From Cyanophora paradoxa CCMP329 (taxonomy: Eukaryota; Plantae; Glaucophyta), in NCBI GenBank assembly GCA_004431415.1, contig QPMI01000056.1, positions 372,001 through 436,000 of the forward strand: a DNA stretch of 64,000 nucleotides, written 5' to 3'. The notes under the pieces were generated by a model, which searched no databases, had not been told where the DNA came from, and was given only the letters and a program-made list of their open reading frames with translations. Shown here piece by piece: positions 39,001 to 51,203 of the stretch. Within the stretch, counting starts at the first letter, position 1; each line of letters begins with the position of its first letter. The translations under genes were made by a program, and so were the position numbers.

Positions 39001-39426
39001 GCTGGCGGCGCCCCTGCCCGAGTCGCTGCGGGCGCGGCCCGTCTGCACCATCCGCTGGTTCGACGCGGTGCGTGGAAGGGCGCTCCAGGGCGCCCCGCGC
39101 TTAGTGGCGGCGCCAGTCTGACCTCAGGCCCGCAGGTGACCGAGTACCCCCTGCCCCACGGGGAGGACCCCTTGACCGTCCGCGGGGTACGCGACCCGCC
39201 TCCATCCCTTCTTCTTCTTCTTCTTCTTCTTCTTCTCCGGTCCCTGAGGCGGGGGCCCTCGCAGGCCGGGGGCCGCGCCGAGCCGCTCTCGCCCTGGTGC
39301 CCCCCGCACGCCGACATCCTGGCCGAGGCCTCCCGCCAGGCGAGCGCTCCCCTGCCCCGGGCGAAGGGCGGACGAACGCTCCTCCAGCGAGCGGGTGGCG
39401 GGGCGGACGAACGCTCCTCCAGCGAG
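36088..39426 (+). pseudogene. MKT1: 3'-truncated MKT1 copy (b3)
   Basis: Same junction as at 22479. Confidence 0.88.
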
Positions 39427-40801
39427 GGCGCAGGGCACCGGCTCGTCGACGGCGCGGCGCCGCCGTCCCGCGCCACGCGCATGAGCGCGTACGCTGCGAG
39501 CCCGCTCGGCGCCAGGAAAAAAGGGGGAGAGGCTAAGTGGGGTACCCGAGGAGTTGAGGGCGATGGGGAGGAAGAGGGGCGGCTCCCGCCTCGAGAGGGG
39601 CGGCTCCCGCACGAACGAGGCGGAGCGCCCGGGGAGCGCCGGCGCCGCCACCAGCTCCAGAAGGAACTTGTACTCCCTGAAGAAAAATGAGGTGGGGGGG
39701 GGGGAAGTTGGGGGGGGGGGAAGGTTATGGGGTACCTGGCGCGGAGGGCGAAGTAGTCGATGCACTGGAGCACCCCCATCAGGTCACTGTCGGGGTCCAG
39801 CGCAAGCAGCAGCTTGGCCGTCTCTGGAGGTACGACGTTCGGTTCGAATCCGAGTAGGGGGAAGCGGTCGAGGGGGTACCGAGGGAGGTGCGGGAGCAGC
39901 CGCCGCGAATGAGCATCTGCAGGCGCCGGAAGACCAGGCCCTGGGGGTGGCGGGGTGAGTCCGGAGGAGGTACAGGTTATCCTCGGGGTACAACGGGTTC
40001 TCTGCGCACTTGTTCTCCATGACTGCGAAGTCGAGGCGGCAGGCGCCGCTCGCCGGCTTGAACTGCGGGTGCCTGCCGGGGACGGAGCTCAAAACCAAGT
40101 GAACGAACTGCAGCGCAACGCATCCTCCGCCCCGCCGCGCCCGTGCCCGCGCCCCGCCCCGCACCAGGCTGCCTCGAGGCAGTAGAGGGCGCGGTCGAGG
40201 AGCTCGGTCGCCGCGTCCAGCTCGCCACTGTACTTGTAGATCTGAGGCCGGCCCGCCGCTTCAGGCCCCCGGGCCAGGCTTCGTGTGCTCGGGGTTCGTG
40301 TGCTCGGGGAGGGCGGGCCCGGGGCCGGGGCAGGGCCGGGGGAGGGCGGGGCCAGGGGAGGGGCGGGCCGGGGCCCGGGGCGGGCCGGGGGAGGGCGCGC
40401 CCGGGGCCCGGGCGGGGCCGGGGGGAGAGGCGGGGCTGGGGAGAGGGCGGGGCCGGGGGGAGGGCGGGCCGGGGGGAGGCGGAAGGGCGGGGCGGGGCCT
40501 CCGAAGAGGGCTGGAGAGGGGAAGGAGGTCCACGTCCTCTCTTCCCCCCGAAGAGGCACTCCGGGGGTAGGGAGGTCCGCCTCCTCTCTCCGGGGTCAGC
40601 ATGCTGCGGAGACGGGCATAAGACACCGAAAACCAGCGATCGCTTGGCCAATGAGAAGGCTGTGGACGTCAAGCCCGCGGCGACCGTTAGAACTGAGAAC
40701 ACAGAAGCGATCGCCGGCCCAGCAGCTCTTTGTTAGAGATCGGATCCGCTGGGTATGGCGCCGAACACAAAGCGATCGCCGAGCAATGAGAAGGCTCTAT
40801 G
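39424..40801. mobile_element. Right part of element A (b3); TCF25 fragment 39424-40241 (-)
   Basis: Same as 22477-23851. Confidence 0.7.
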
Positions 40802-41102
40802 CGCGGGGCAGAGATGTAGCGATCGCATTGAATAGAGAATCTCTATGCGAGCATGCCCACAGCGCTACGGGAGGCGGGCACGCACTGCAGGCGTTGGCGT
40901 TGGCTGGTGCGACGAACTTGAAGCAGCTCCTGCGCAAGCGATCGCCGGTCTATGCGCGGGGCAGAGATGTAGCGATCGCATTGAATAGAGAATCTCTATG
41001 CGAGCATGCCCACAGCGCTACGGGAGGCGGGCACGCACTGCAGGCGTTGGCGTTGGCTGGTGCGACGAACTTGAAGCAGCTCCTGCGCAAGCGATCGCCG
41101 GT

Positions 41103-42835
41103 CAGAGAGCCTTCTCATCGCTTCGGCGATCGCTAGGCCTGGTACCGAGTACTCCGGGGCGATCGCTAGCGCGAACCGTCGGACGACGGACGCGGCGCCG
41201 GCGATCGCTTGAAAAAGGCCCCGGCCCGATCCGAGCCCATGGCCGGCGGGCATAGTGAACATAGTGCCAAAATGTCGCCCCGAAAACACGTTTTTTAGCA
41301 GGATCGGAAGACAGCGCGCCCAGGCAGGTCCGAGGGGCGGTTCCGGGACGGACCTACTGGCTCAGAGCTGCTTGCGCTGGGCCCGCCGGGCGACGCCATA
41401 GTTGAGAGCTCGAGTCCTGCGCGCCGCCTTACAGCTGCCGAGGATGGGGCGACGGCTGCAGAATTCGAAGATGAGTACCTCGGACAAGCGAAAGCGTGTA
41501 GCTAGCGCGCCGCCGGCGCCGCGGGTGAGCCGATGAAGCAAGCGATGTGTACTCCTCGCGTGCGCGGGCGCGGCGAAGACGCCTGCGGGTCGGGCGTGGC
41601 GCCGCGGGGCTGAGCACGGCGTGCGCGCGGACAGTGTCGGGCACCAGCGCAGCCCGCGCACCGCAGACACTTCAGATGCGCGCAAGAGACGATGATGTAA
41701 AGCTAGCCGCCGTGAAAGCCTGACGGCAGATGAGCTGGCCGTGAAGGAAAGAATGCGCGGCGGTTGGCTGCGTGAGAGCGGACCGGAAGGGATGCGACGC
41801 GACCCGCGCCGTTGTAGTCTGACATAACGGAGGTGTGTGTAGGCGAAACGAGGGCGTCCCGCGTCCAGCGAAGCCTCCCGAACAGCGCGCGCCACACACA
41901 CGCGGCGGCCCACCGCCAGCGAAGCCGTCGTGGTCTCGAAAGCTCTGAAGCCGTACGGAGAGGTAAGTGAGGGCGCGAAGAACGACATCAAAGACCGAGG
42001 ATACCAGATCTCTTTGTGACGGCGATGGCGGACGCCCTGCTTAACGCCGGGCTGGACGCGCTTATAGAGCTGGCGAAAGCGGAACTCGACGATGACGATG
42101 ATGAAGAACACGAGTGTGATGCTATGGTCGAGGAGGAGGCCGTGGCTGTAGTCGGGTGTAGCAGCCAAGGCGGCGGAGCTTCTGGCGCAGGCGAGGCGGT
42201 CGCCTGCCACAAGTAAGACGCAGTACGCAGGTCAGAAGCGAAATGGCCGACCAAGGCAAGCCTGGAAGCTCGAACGACAGGAACGGTGCTTGCTGCTCTT
42301 CTGGCGGCCGAAACGGGTCGGGAACTTGATTAAACATGGCTGCGGTCTATCAAAATGCGCCTCCAATGCTCTATTTAGCGCGCAGGAGCTGCGGGAGCTG
42401 CGTCTCGCTCTCAGAACGGGTACAGGAACGCTTTCGTTTACTCTACCCCTGCTCGAGTTCTCCCCGAGTCAGCAACAGTCACGAGTTCTCCCAACATCGT
42501 CCGCGCCCCGGCTTCGAAGAAGATACAGCGATTTCACAAAGCATTTAACACACTTTCACCAAGTTTCACGTGGGAAGAACGTGCTCGATCGCGCCGCCCA
42601 GGCAAGCACCAGGCACGGGGGGTGGAAGCACTGCCTGGATACTGGCTTTCGCCCATTCATCCGTGTTCAGCGATCGCTTGGCCAATGAGAAGGCTGTGGA
42701 CGTCAAGCCCGCGGCGACCGTTAGAACTGAGAACACAGAAGCGATCGCCGGCCCAGCAGCTCTTTGTTAGAGATCGGATCCGCTGGGTATGGCGCCGAAC
42801 ACAAAGCGATCGCCGAGCAATGAGAAGGCTCTATG
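41103..42835. mobile_element. Element B copy
   Basis: Both TIRs present. Confidence 0.75.
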
Positions 42836-43654
42836 CGCGGGGCAGAGATGTAGCGATCGCATTGAATAGAGAATCTCTATGCGAGCATGCCCACAGCGCT
42901 ACGGGAGGCGGGCACGCACTGCAGGCGTTGGCGTTGGCTGGTGCGACGAACTTGAAGCAGCTCCTGCGCAAGCGATCGCCGGTCTCAGAGTAGAGCTCGA
43001 GCTTCAGATTCATGCGATACTGAACCTTACCCGTTCATTCTGGACGGTGACGCGGAGATCAATCCTATCATCGGGGTAATTGATCTAAATTTCTGTTAGC
43101 AATGGCCACGTGCTGACTAGTACTCGGAGGCCCGTAAGTTGGCCCATCCATTGGCCCGGACCGTTGGCGTCCGTCGCCGTAACGGCCGCCCTCCCAGGAG
43201 ACTGTTAATGACGCCATTATGACGGTACCGATGATACTTGACGCAGAATGGACCAATCGCGCAACGCCGGCAAGCGTTTTTTCTCGCCGTCTAAAAATTC
43301 GTGGGCCGACTGATTTTCCCCGCCATGAGGCCGGTTTGGGGGGTACACCCTCCGGGCGTGTCGACATCTCATCATAAGCCGGAGCACGCCGCGATGGCGC
43401 CCGAGCGCTGGGAGCAACGCATATGTGAGCCTCTCTCTTAGTGTGCGACCGTACGAAGTGCAAACTAGCTCCCTATGCGCCTGGAGCACTTTTTCAGCAA
43501 TCCTGCGAAGTCCGCTGGGGGAGCCGACATCGACGTTCGACAGCGCAAGCCGATCTGTATGAGCGGCCTGTGAGCGAATCCCTCGCTCCCGGCGGTGCCT
43601 CAGCCGCGCGGACTCGATCTTGGCGGACCACGAGCGACCGACGGCGCCCCCGGT

Positions 43655-46600
43655 ATGCCGGTACGAGGCCTAGCTGGTGCGCATGGATTGCCCTGCGACA
43701 AGTTACGAAGGGCGTCGCGCGTATGCGCCTCCCTGACCCGCGTGACCGCAGAGTTCCTGAGGGACCGCGGTCTCCTCCGGACCGATTCGATAGAGGCGTT
43801 GCGAGGCACCTCTATAGGTGCGGCCTGGCATTTTCCTCTTTAGACGTTCGTCCTGGGTGCCGAAATACGAAGCACGGCTTGCAGGCATCGATGGCTACGT
43901 TTGGCTTCGGAAGCTCCAAATCCGGGAGCCGCTGCGAGAAGCGACGGGCGACGGGTGCGACCCGCCGTGGTGTCCTCGTCGCCTCCCGTTCCGCGGCGGA
44001 TCGAATCGCGCGTGCGTGCATGCGTGCAGGTCGCAGGCGCTGCCGGTCGCGCTTTCGGAGCAGCTTCGGGTGTTCGAGGAGGCGGGAATCAAGCCCTGCT
44101 TCGTGTTTGCGGGCTGAACATCCCGCGGAAGGAGCGCCCGTTCACGCAGCCCGACGATCGGCTGGCGGCTCGGCAGCGCGCCTGGCAGGAGCACGCGGCC
44201 AACAACCTCCGGGCCGCAGTGGCGCTCTTCTCGCAGTCCGGTGCGGCCCGCGCTTGCCTGCCCGCCCACCCGCTGCGCCGCTGACGTTCGCCGTCAGCTT
44301 CGGCCGCGGTGGTATCCCCTGATCTCGTCGCTGACGTGATTCGATTCCTGCGGGGTCGCAATGCCGACGCGATCCGCGCGCCGTACCTCAGCTGGGCCCA
44401 GGTTCGCCGCCTTCCCCCCTTTCACCTCGCCTCGCCCGCACCGAGCGCCGCCGCAGCTGGGGTACATGGAGGGCGACGACGTGCGGATGGTGGACGGGGT
44501 ACACGCGCAGCTGGAAGTTCTGCTCTTTGGCGCCCGCCGCGTCATCGTCTCGCTCGACCTGGCGGTACCCTGCCCGACCTTCCCCCCCCCGTCCTCGCTC
44601 ACCGATCGCCTCGTAGGAGGGTACCTTCGAGTGGGTCGACCGCGACACGGTGCTGGCAGCCGCTGGCGCCTCCGCGGATCAATTTCTGGACGCCTGCCTT
44701 CTCTCCGGATTCGATTTCCTGGGCACGTTCCCGCCCTCGCGGGACACCCCCCTCCACCGTCCTCCCGGTGCCCTTCTTCCCCCACCGCACCGGCACCCCG
44801 GTACCCCCGACCGCGCTGACGTACCCCCCAGCCGCGATCGACCTCGTCCTGAGGTACCGAACGGGGTACGGCGCCGTGCGGGCCATGATGGGCGGCAACG
44901 GGCCCTCCTCCCCCGGACCGGTACAGTCCACAGCCCTCTCCCAAAACCGTCCTTTTAACGTCGTACCCCCACCTCAAAATAGCGGCGGGACACGTACACG
45001 GACCAGTTCCTGCGGGCGCGGGCGCTGGTCCAACACCACGTGGTCCTCGAGCCCTCGGCGCGCGGCCCCTCAACGCCGCGCTCGCCCCCGCGTGCGCCCA
45101 CCGTACCCTCCTCCGAGCCTGAAACCAGAACTAGCGCTCCTTCCACTTTAGGACACAGGACTCCCTAGCCTTCCCCTCTCTCGACCTCGCCCGCCCCTGC
45201 CTAGCGGCTCTTGACCTCGCTCTTCTCGTTCCCCCACCGGACCCGCCCCATCCCGCCTAGAAACTAGAACTAGGGCAAGGGGACCGCTCTGCGGCTCGCC
45301 CCTCGTCCTGGCTCCCCAGCCTAGCCAGCCCCTCGGCCTCTTTCCCCTCCCCCACCCCCCTCCCCCCCCCCTCTCACCCCCTCCACGTACAGGGACCTGG
45401 ACGAGGTGCTGGCCCGCGGCTGCCCGACGAGCTCTTCCACCTCCTCGCCGCCGGCTGCCTCGAGGTGATTGATCCTTACTGTTTGATTTTGATGCAACAT
45501 TACGTTACCTTCTAACGTTACGACCTTCTAACGTTACGACATACCTAAGACCTTTAATCTTTTGATCTTTAATGAGACCTAAGACTTTAGACGCCGCCGC
45601 GGCCGGCTGCCTCGAGGTGATCCATCCCTGGACCTCCAACCTCGCCTCATCCACGCCTCGCCCCTCATCTCCTGGCGCCGCTCACGCTCCCGCCCTCCTC
45701 CTCCCTCGCCCGCCCTCCCGCAGGCGTCGCTGCTGAGCGCGCTGGTGCTCGGCATGGACCGGGAGTTGCCCCCCCCCGTCGACTCCGAGGCCTACCGCCG
45801 CGCCTCCGCCGGTGAGTCAAGCATCTAGATACTAGAACAATTAGAACAACGAGAACAACTAGATACTAGAACAAATAGACGCGCCTCACTCTAGAACAAC
45901 TAGACTCGACTCCGAGGCCTACCGCCGCGCCTCCGCCGGTGAGTCAAGCATCTAGATACTAGAACAATTAGAACAACGAGAACAACTAGATACTAGAACA
46001 AATAGACGCGCCTCACTCTAGAACAACTAGACTCGACTCCGAGGCCTACCGCCGCGCCTCCGCCGGTGAGTTAGTTAGTGAGTTGTTGTTGTTGTTGGAG
46101 CAACTAGAGCAACTAGATACTAGAACAATTAGAACAGCTAGAAGAACTAGATACTAGAACAAATAGACGCGCCTCCGCCGCGCCTCGATACTAGAACAAC
46201 TAGACTCGACTCCGAGGCCTACCGCCGCGCCTCCGCCGGTGAGCGAGTGAGTTGGGAGTTAGTTGGAGCAATCGACACGATCGATACGTTAAAGCCGATC
46301 GATACCAGAACAGCCAGCAACTGTTACTAGAACGATAAACGCCTCCTGATCGCTACTAGAACAGCTAGACGAACAATTAGAGCGTCGGCCACCTACCGCC
46401 GCGCCTCCGCCGGTGCCGCTTGCACCCTCGCCCTCAACCTCCGCCGCACACATCTAGCCGATGAACGACGCTTCCGTCCCGTCCCGTCCTGACCCCGGCC
46501 CGGCCCCTCCTCTGCAGACTCGCTGACGATCCGGGCGACGGCGCTGGCGGCGCTGGCGGCGCCCTGCCCGAGTCGCTGCGGGCGCGGCCCGTCTGCACCA

Positions 46601-46967
46601 TCCGCTGGTTCGACGCGGTGCGTGGAAGGGCGCTCCAGGGCGCCCCGCGCTTAGTGGCGGCGCCAGTCTGACCTCAGGCCCGCAGGTGACCGAGTACCCC
46701 TGCCCACGGGAGGACCCCTTGACCGTCCGCGGGGTACGCGACCCGCCTCCATCCCTTCTTCTTCTTCTTCTTCTTCTTCTCCGGTCCCTGAGGCGGGGCC
46801 CTCGCAGGCCGGGGCCGCGCCGAGCCGCTCTCGCCCTGGTGCCCCCGCACGCCGACATCCTGGCCGAGGCTCCCGCCAGGCGAGCGCTCCCCTGCCCCGG
46901 GCGAAGGGGCGGACGAACGCTCCTCCAGCGAGCGGGTGGGCGGGCGGACGAACGCTCCTCCAGCGAG
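43655..46967 (+). pseudogene. MKT1: 3'-truncated MKT1 copy (b3)
   Basis: Same junction as at 22479. Confidence 0.88.
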
Positions 46968-48352
46968 GGGCGCAGGGCACCGGCTCGTCGACGGGCGCGG
47001 CGCCGCCGTCCCGCGCCACGCGCATGAGCGCGTACGCTGCGAGCCCGGCTCGGCGCCAGGAAAAAGGGGGAGAGGCTAAGTGGGGTACCCGAGGAGTTGA
47101 GGGCGATGGGGAGGAAGAGGGGCGGCTCCCGCCTCGAGAGGGGCGGCTCCCGCACGAACGAGGCGGAGCGCCCGGGGAGCGCCGGCGCCGCCACCAGCTC
47201 CAGAAGGAACTTGTACTCCCTGAAGAAAAATGAGGTGGGGGGGGGGGAAGTTGGGGGGGGGGAAGGTTATGGGGTACCTGGCGCGGAGGGCGAAGTAGTC
47301 GATGCACTGGAGCACCCCCATCAGGTCACTGTCGGGGTCCAGCGCAAGCAGCAGCTTGGCCGTCTCTGGAGGTACGACGTTCGGTTCGAATCCGAGTAGG
47401 GGGGAAGCGGTCGAGGGGGTACCGAGGGAGGTGCGGGAGCAGCCGCCGCGAATGAGCATCTGCAGGCGCCGGAAGACCAGGCCCTGGGGTGGCGGGGTGA
47501 GTCCGGAGGAGGGTACAGGTTATCCTCGGGGGTACAACGGGTTCTCTGCGCACTTGTTCTCCATGACTGCGAAGTCGAGGCGGCAGGCGCCGCTCGCCGG
47601 CTTGAACTGCGGGTGCCTGCCGGGGACGGAGCTCAAAACCAAGTGAACGAACTGCAGCGCAACGCATCCTCCGCCCCGCCGCGCCCGTGCCCGCGCCCCG
47701 CCCCGCACCAGGCTGCCTCGAGGCAGTAGAGGGCGCGGTCGAGGAGCTCGGTCGCCGCGTCCAGCTCGCCACTGTACTTGTAGATCTGAGGCCGGCCCGC
47801 CGGCTTCAGGCCCCCGGGCCAGGCTTCGTGTGCTCGGGGGTTCGTGTGCTCGGGGGAGGGGCGGGCCCGGGGCCCGGGGCAGGGCCGGGGGGAGGGGCGG
47901 GCCAGGGGAGGGGCGGGCCCGGGCCCGGGCGGGGCCGGGGGAGGGGCGCGCCCGGGCCCGGGCGGGCCGGGGGGAGAGGCGGGGCTGGGAGAGGGGCGGG
48001 CGGGGGAGGGGCGGGGCCGGGGGAGGCGGAAGGGCGGGGGCGGGGCCCTCCGAAGAGGGGCTGGGAGAGGGGAAGGAGGTCCACGTCCTCTCTTCCCCCC
48101 GAAGAGGGCACTCCGGGGGTAGGGAGGTCCGCCTCCTCTCTCCGGGGTCAGCATGCTGCGGAGACGGGCATAAGACACCGAAAACCAGCGATCGCTTGGC
48201 CAATGAGAAGGCTGTGGACGTCAAGCCCGCGGCGACCGTTAGAACTGAGAACACAGAAGCGATCGCCGGCCAGCAGCTCTTTGTTAGAGATCGGATCCGC
48301 TGGGTATGGCGCCGAACACAAAGCGATCGCCGAGCAATGAGAAGGCTCTATG
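46965..48352. mobile_element. Right part of element A (b3); TCF25 fragment 46965-47785 (-)
   Basis: Same as 22477-23851. Confidence 0.7.
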
Positions 48353-48653
48353 CGCGGGGCAGAGATGTAGCGATCGCATTGAATAGAGAATCTCTATGCG
48401 AGCATGCCCACAGCGCTACGGGAGGCGGGCACGCACTGCAGGCGTTGGCGTTGGCTGGTGCGACGAACTTGAAGCAGCTCCTGCGCAAGCGATCGCCGGT
48501 CTATGCGCGGGGCAGAGATGTAGCGATCGCATTGAATAGAGAATCTCTATGCGAGCATGCCCACAGCGCTACGGGAGGCGGGCACGCACTGCAGGCGTTG
48601 GCGTTGGCTGGTGCGACGAACTTGAAGCAGCTCCTGCGCAAGCGATCGCCGGT

Positions 48654-50386
48654 CAGAGAGCCTTCTCATCGCTTCGGCGATCGCTAGCCCTGGTACCGAG
48701 TACTCCGGGGCGATCGCTAGCGCGAACCGTCGGACGACGGACGCGGCGCCGGCGATCGCTTGAAAAAGGCCCCGGCCCGATCCGAGCCCATGGCCGGCGG
48801 GCATAGTGAACATAGTGCCAAAATGTCGCCCCGAAAACACGTTTTTTAGCAGGATCGGAAGACAGCGCGCCCAGGCAGGTCCGAGGGGCGGTTCCGGGAC
48901 GGACCTACTGGCTCAGAGCTGCTTGCGCTGGGCCCGCCGGGCGACGCCATAGTTGAGAGCTCGAGTCCCTGCGCGCCGCCTTACAGCTGCCGAGGATGGG
49001 CGACGGCTGCAGAATTCGAAGATGAGTACCTCGGACAAGCGAAAGCGTGTAGCTAGCGCGCCGCCGGCGCCGCGGGTGAGCCGATGAAGCAAGCGATGTG
49101 TACTCCTCGCGTGCGCGGGCGCGGCGAAGACGCCTGCGGGTCGGGCGTGGCGCCGCGGGGCTGAGCACGGCGTGCGCGCGGACAGTGTCGGGCACCAGCG
49201 CAGCCCGCGCACCGCAGACACTTCAGATGCGCGCAAGAGACGATGATGTAAAGCTAGCCGCCGTGAAAGCCTGACGGCAGATGAGCTGGCCGTGAAGGAA
49301 AGAATGCGCGGCGGTTGGCTGCGTGAGAGCGGACCGGAAGGGATGCGACGCGACCCGCGCCGTTGTAGTCTGACATAACGGAGGTGTGTGTAGGCGAAAC
49401 GAGGGCGTCCCGCGTCCAGCGAAGCCTCCCGAACAGCGCGCGCCACACACACGCGGCGGCCCACCGCCAGCGAAGCCGTCGTGGTCTCGAAAGCTCTGAA
49501 GCCGTACGGAGAGGTAAGTGAGGGCGCGAAGAACGACATCAAAGACCGAGGATACCAGATCTCTTTGTGACGGCGATGGCGGACGCCCTGCTTAACGCCG
49601 GGCTGGACGCGCTTATAGAGCTGGCGAAAGCGGAACTCGACGATGACGATGATGAAGAACACGAGTGTGATGCTATGGTCGAGGAGGAGGCCGTGGCTGT
49701 AGTCGGGTGTAGCAGCCAAGGCGGCGGAGCTTCTGGCGCAGGCGAGGCGGTCGCCTGCCACAAGTAAGACGCAGTACGCAGGTCAGAAGCGAAATGGCCG
49801 ACCAAGGCAAGCCTGGAAGCTCGAACGACAGGAACGGTGCTTGCTGCTCTTCTGGCGGCCGAAACGGGTCGGGAACTTGATTAAACATGGCTGCGGTCTA
49901 TCAAAATGCGCCTCCAATGCTCTATTTAGCGCGCAGGAGCTGCGGGAGCTGCGTCTCGCTCTCAGAACGGGTACAGGAACGCTTTCGTTTACTCTACCCC
50001 TGCTCGAGTTCTCCCCGAGTCAGCAACAGTCACGAGTTCTCCCAACATCGTCCGCGCCCCGGCTTCGAAGAAGATACAGCGATTTCACAAAGCATTTAAC
50101 ACACTTTCACCAAGTTTCACGTGGGAAGAACGTGCTCGATCGCGCCGCCCAGGCAAGCACCAGGCACGGGGGGTGGAAGCACTGCCTGGATACTGGCTTT
50201 CGCCCATTCATCCGTGTTCAGCGATCGCTTGGCCAATGAGAAGGCTGTGGACGTCAAGCCCGCGGCGACCGTTAGAACTGAGAACACAGAAGCGATCGCC
50301 GGCCCAGCAGCTCTTTGTTAGAGATCGGATCCGCTGGGTATGGCGCCGAACACAAAGCGATCGCCGAGCAATGAGAAGGCTCTATG
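48654..50386. mobile_element. Element B copy, ~0.8 kb upstream of the full-length MKT1 ATG
   Basis: Both TIRs present. Confidence 0.75.
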
Positions 50387-51203
50387 CGCGGGCAGAGATG
50401 TAGCGATCGCATTGAATAGAGAATCTCTATGCGAGCATGCCCACAGCGCTACGGGAGGCGGGCACGCACTGCAGGCGTTGGCGTTGGCTGGTGCGACGAA
50501 CTTGAAGCAGCTCCTGCGCAAGCGATCGCCGGTCTCAGAGTAGAGCTCGAGCTTCAGATTCATGCGATACTGAACCCTTACCCGTTCATTCTGGACGGTG
50601 ACGCGGAGATCAATCCTATCATCGGGGTAATTGATCTAAATTTCTGTTAGCAATGGCCACGTGCTGACTAGTACTCGGAGGCCCGTAAGTTGGCCCATCC
50701 ATTGGCCCGGACCGTTGGCGTCCGTCGCCGTAACGGCCGCCCTCCAGGAGACTGTTAATGACGCCATTATGACGGTACCGATGATACTTGACGCAGAATG
50801 GACCAATCGCGCAACGCCGGCCAAGCGTTTTTTCTCGCCGTCTAAAAATTCGTGGGCCGACTGATTTTCCCCGCCATGAGGCCGGTTTGGGGGTACACCC
50901 TCCGGGCGTGTCGACATCTCATCATAAGCCGGAGCACGCCGCGATGGGCGCCCGAGCGCTGGGAGCAACGCATATGTGAGCCTCTCTCTTAGTGTGCGAC
51001 CGTACGAAGTGCAAACTAGCTCCCTATGCGCCTGGAGCACTTTTTCAGCAATCCTGCGAAGTCCGCTGGGGAGCCGACATCGACGTTCGACAGCGCAAGC
51101 CGATCTGTATGAGCGGCCTGTGAGCGAATCCCTCGCTCCCGGCGGTGCCTCAGCCGCGCGGACTCGATCTTGGCGGACCACGAGCGACCGACGGCGCCCC
51201 GGT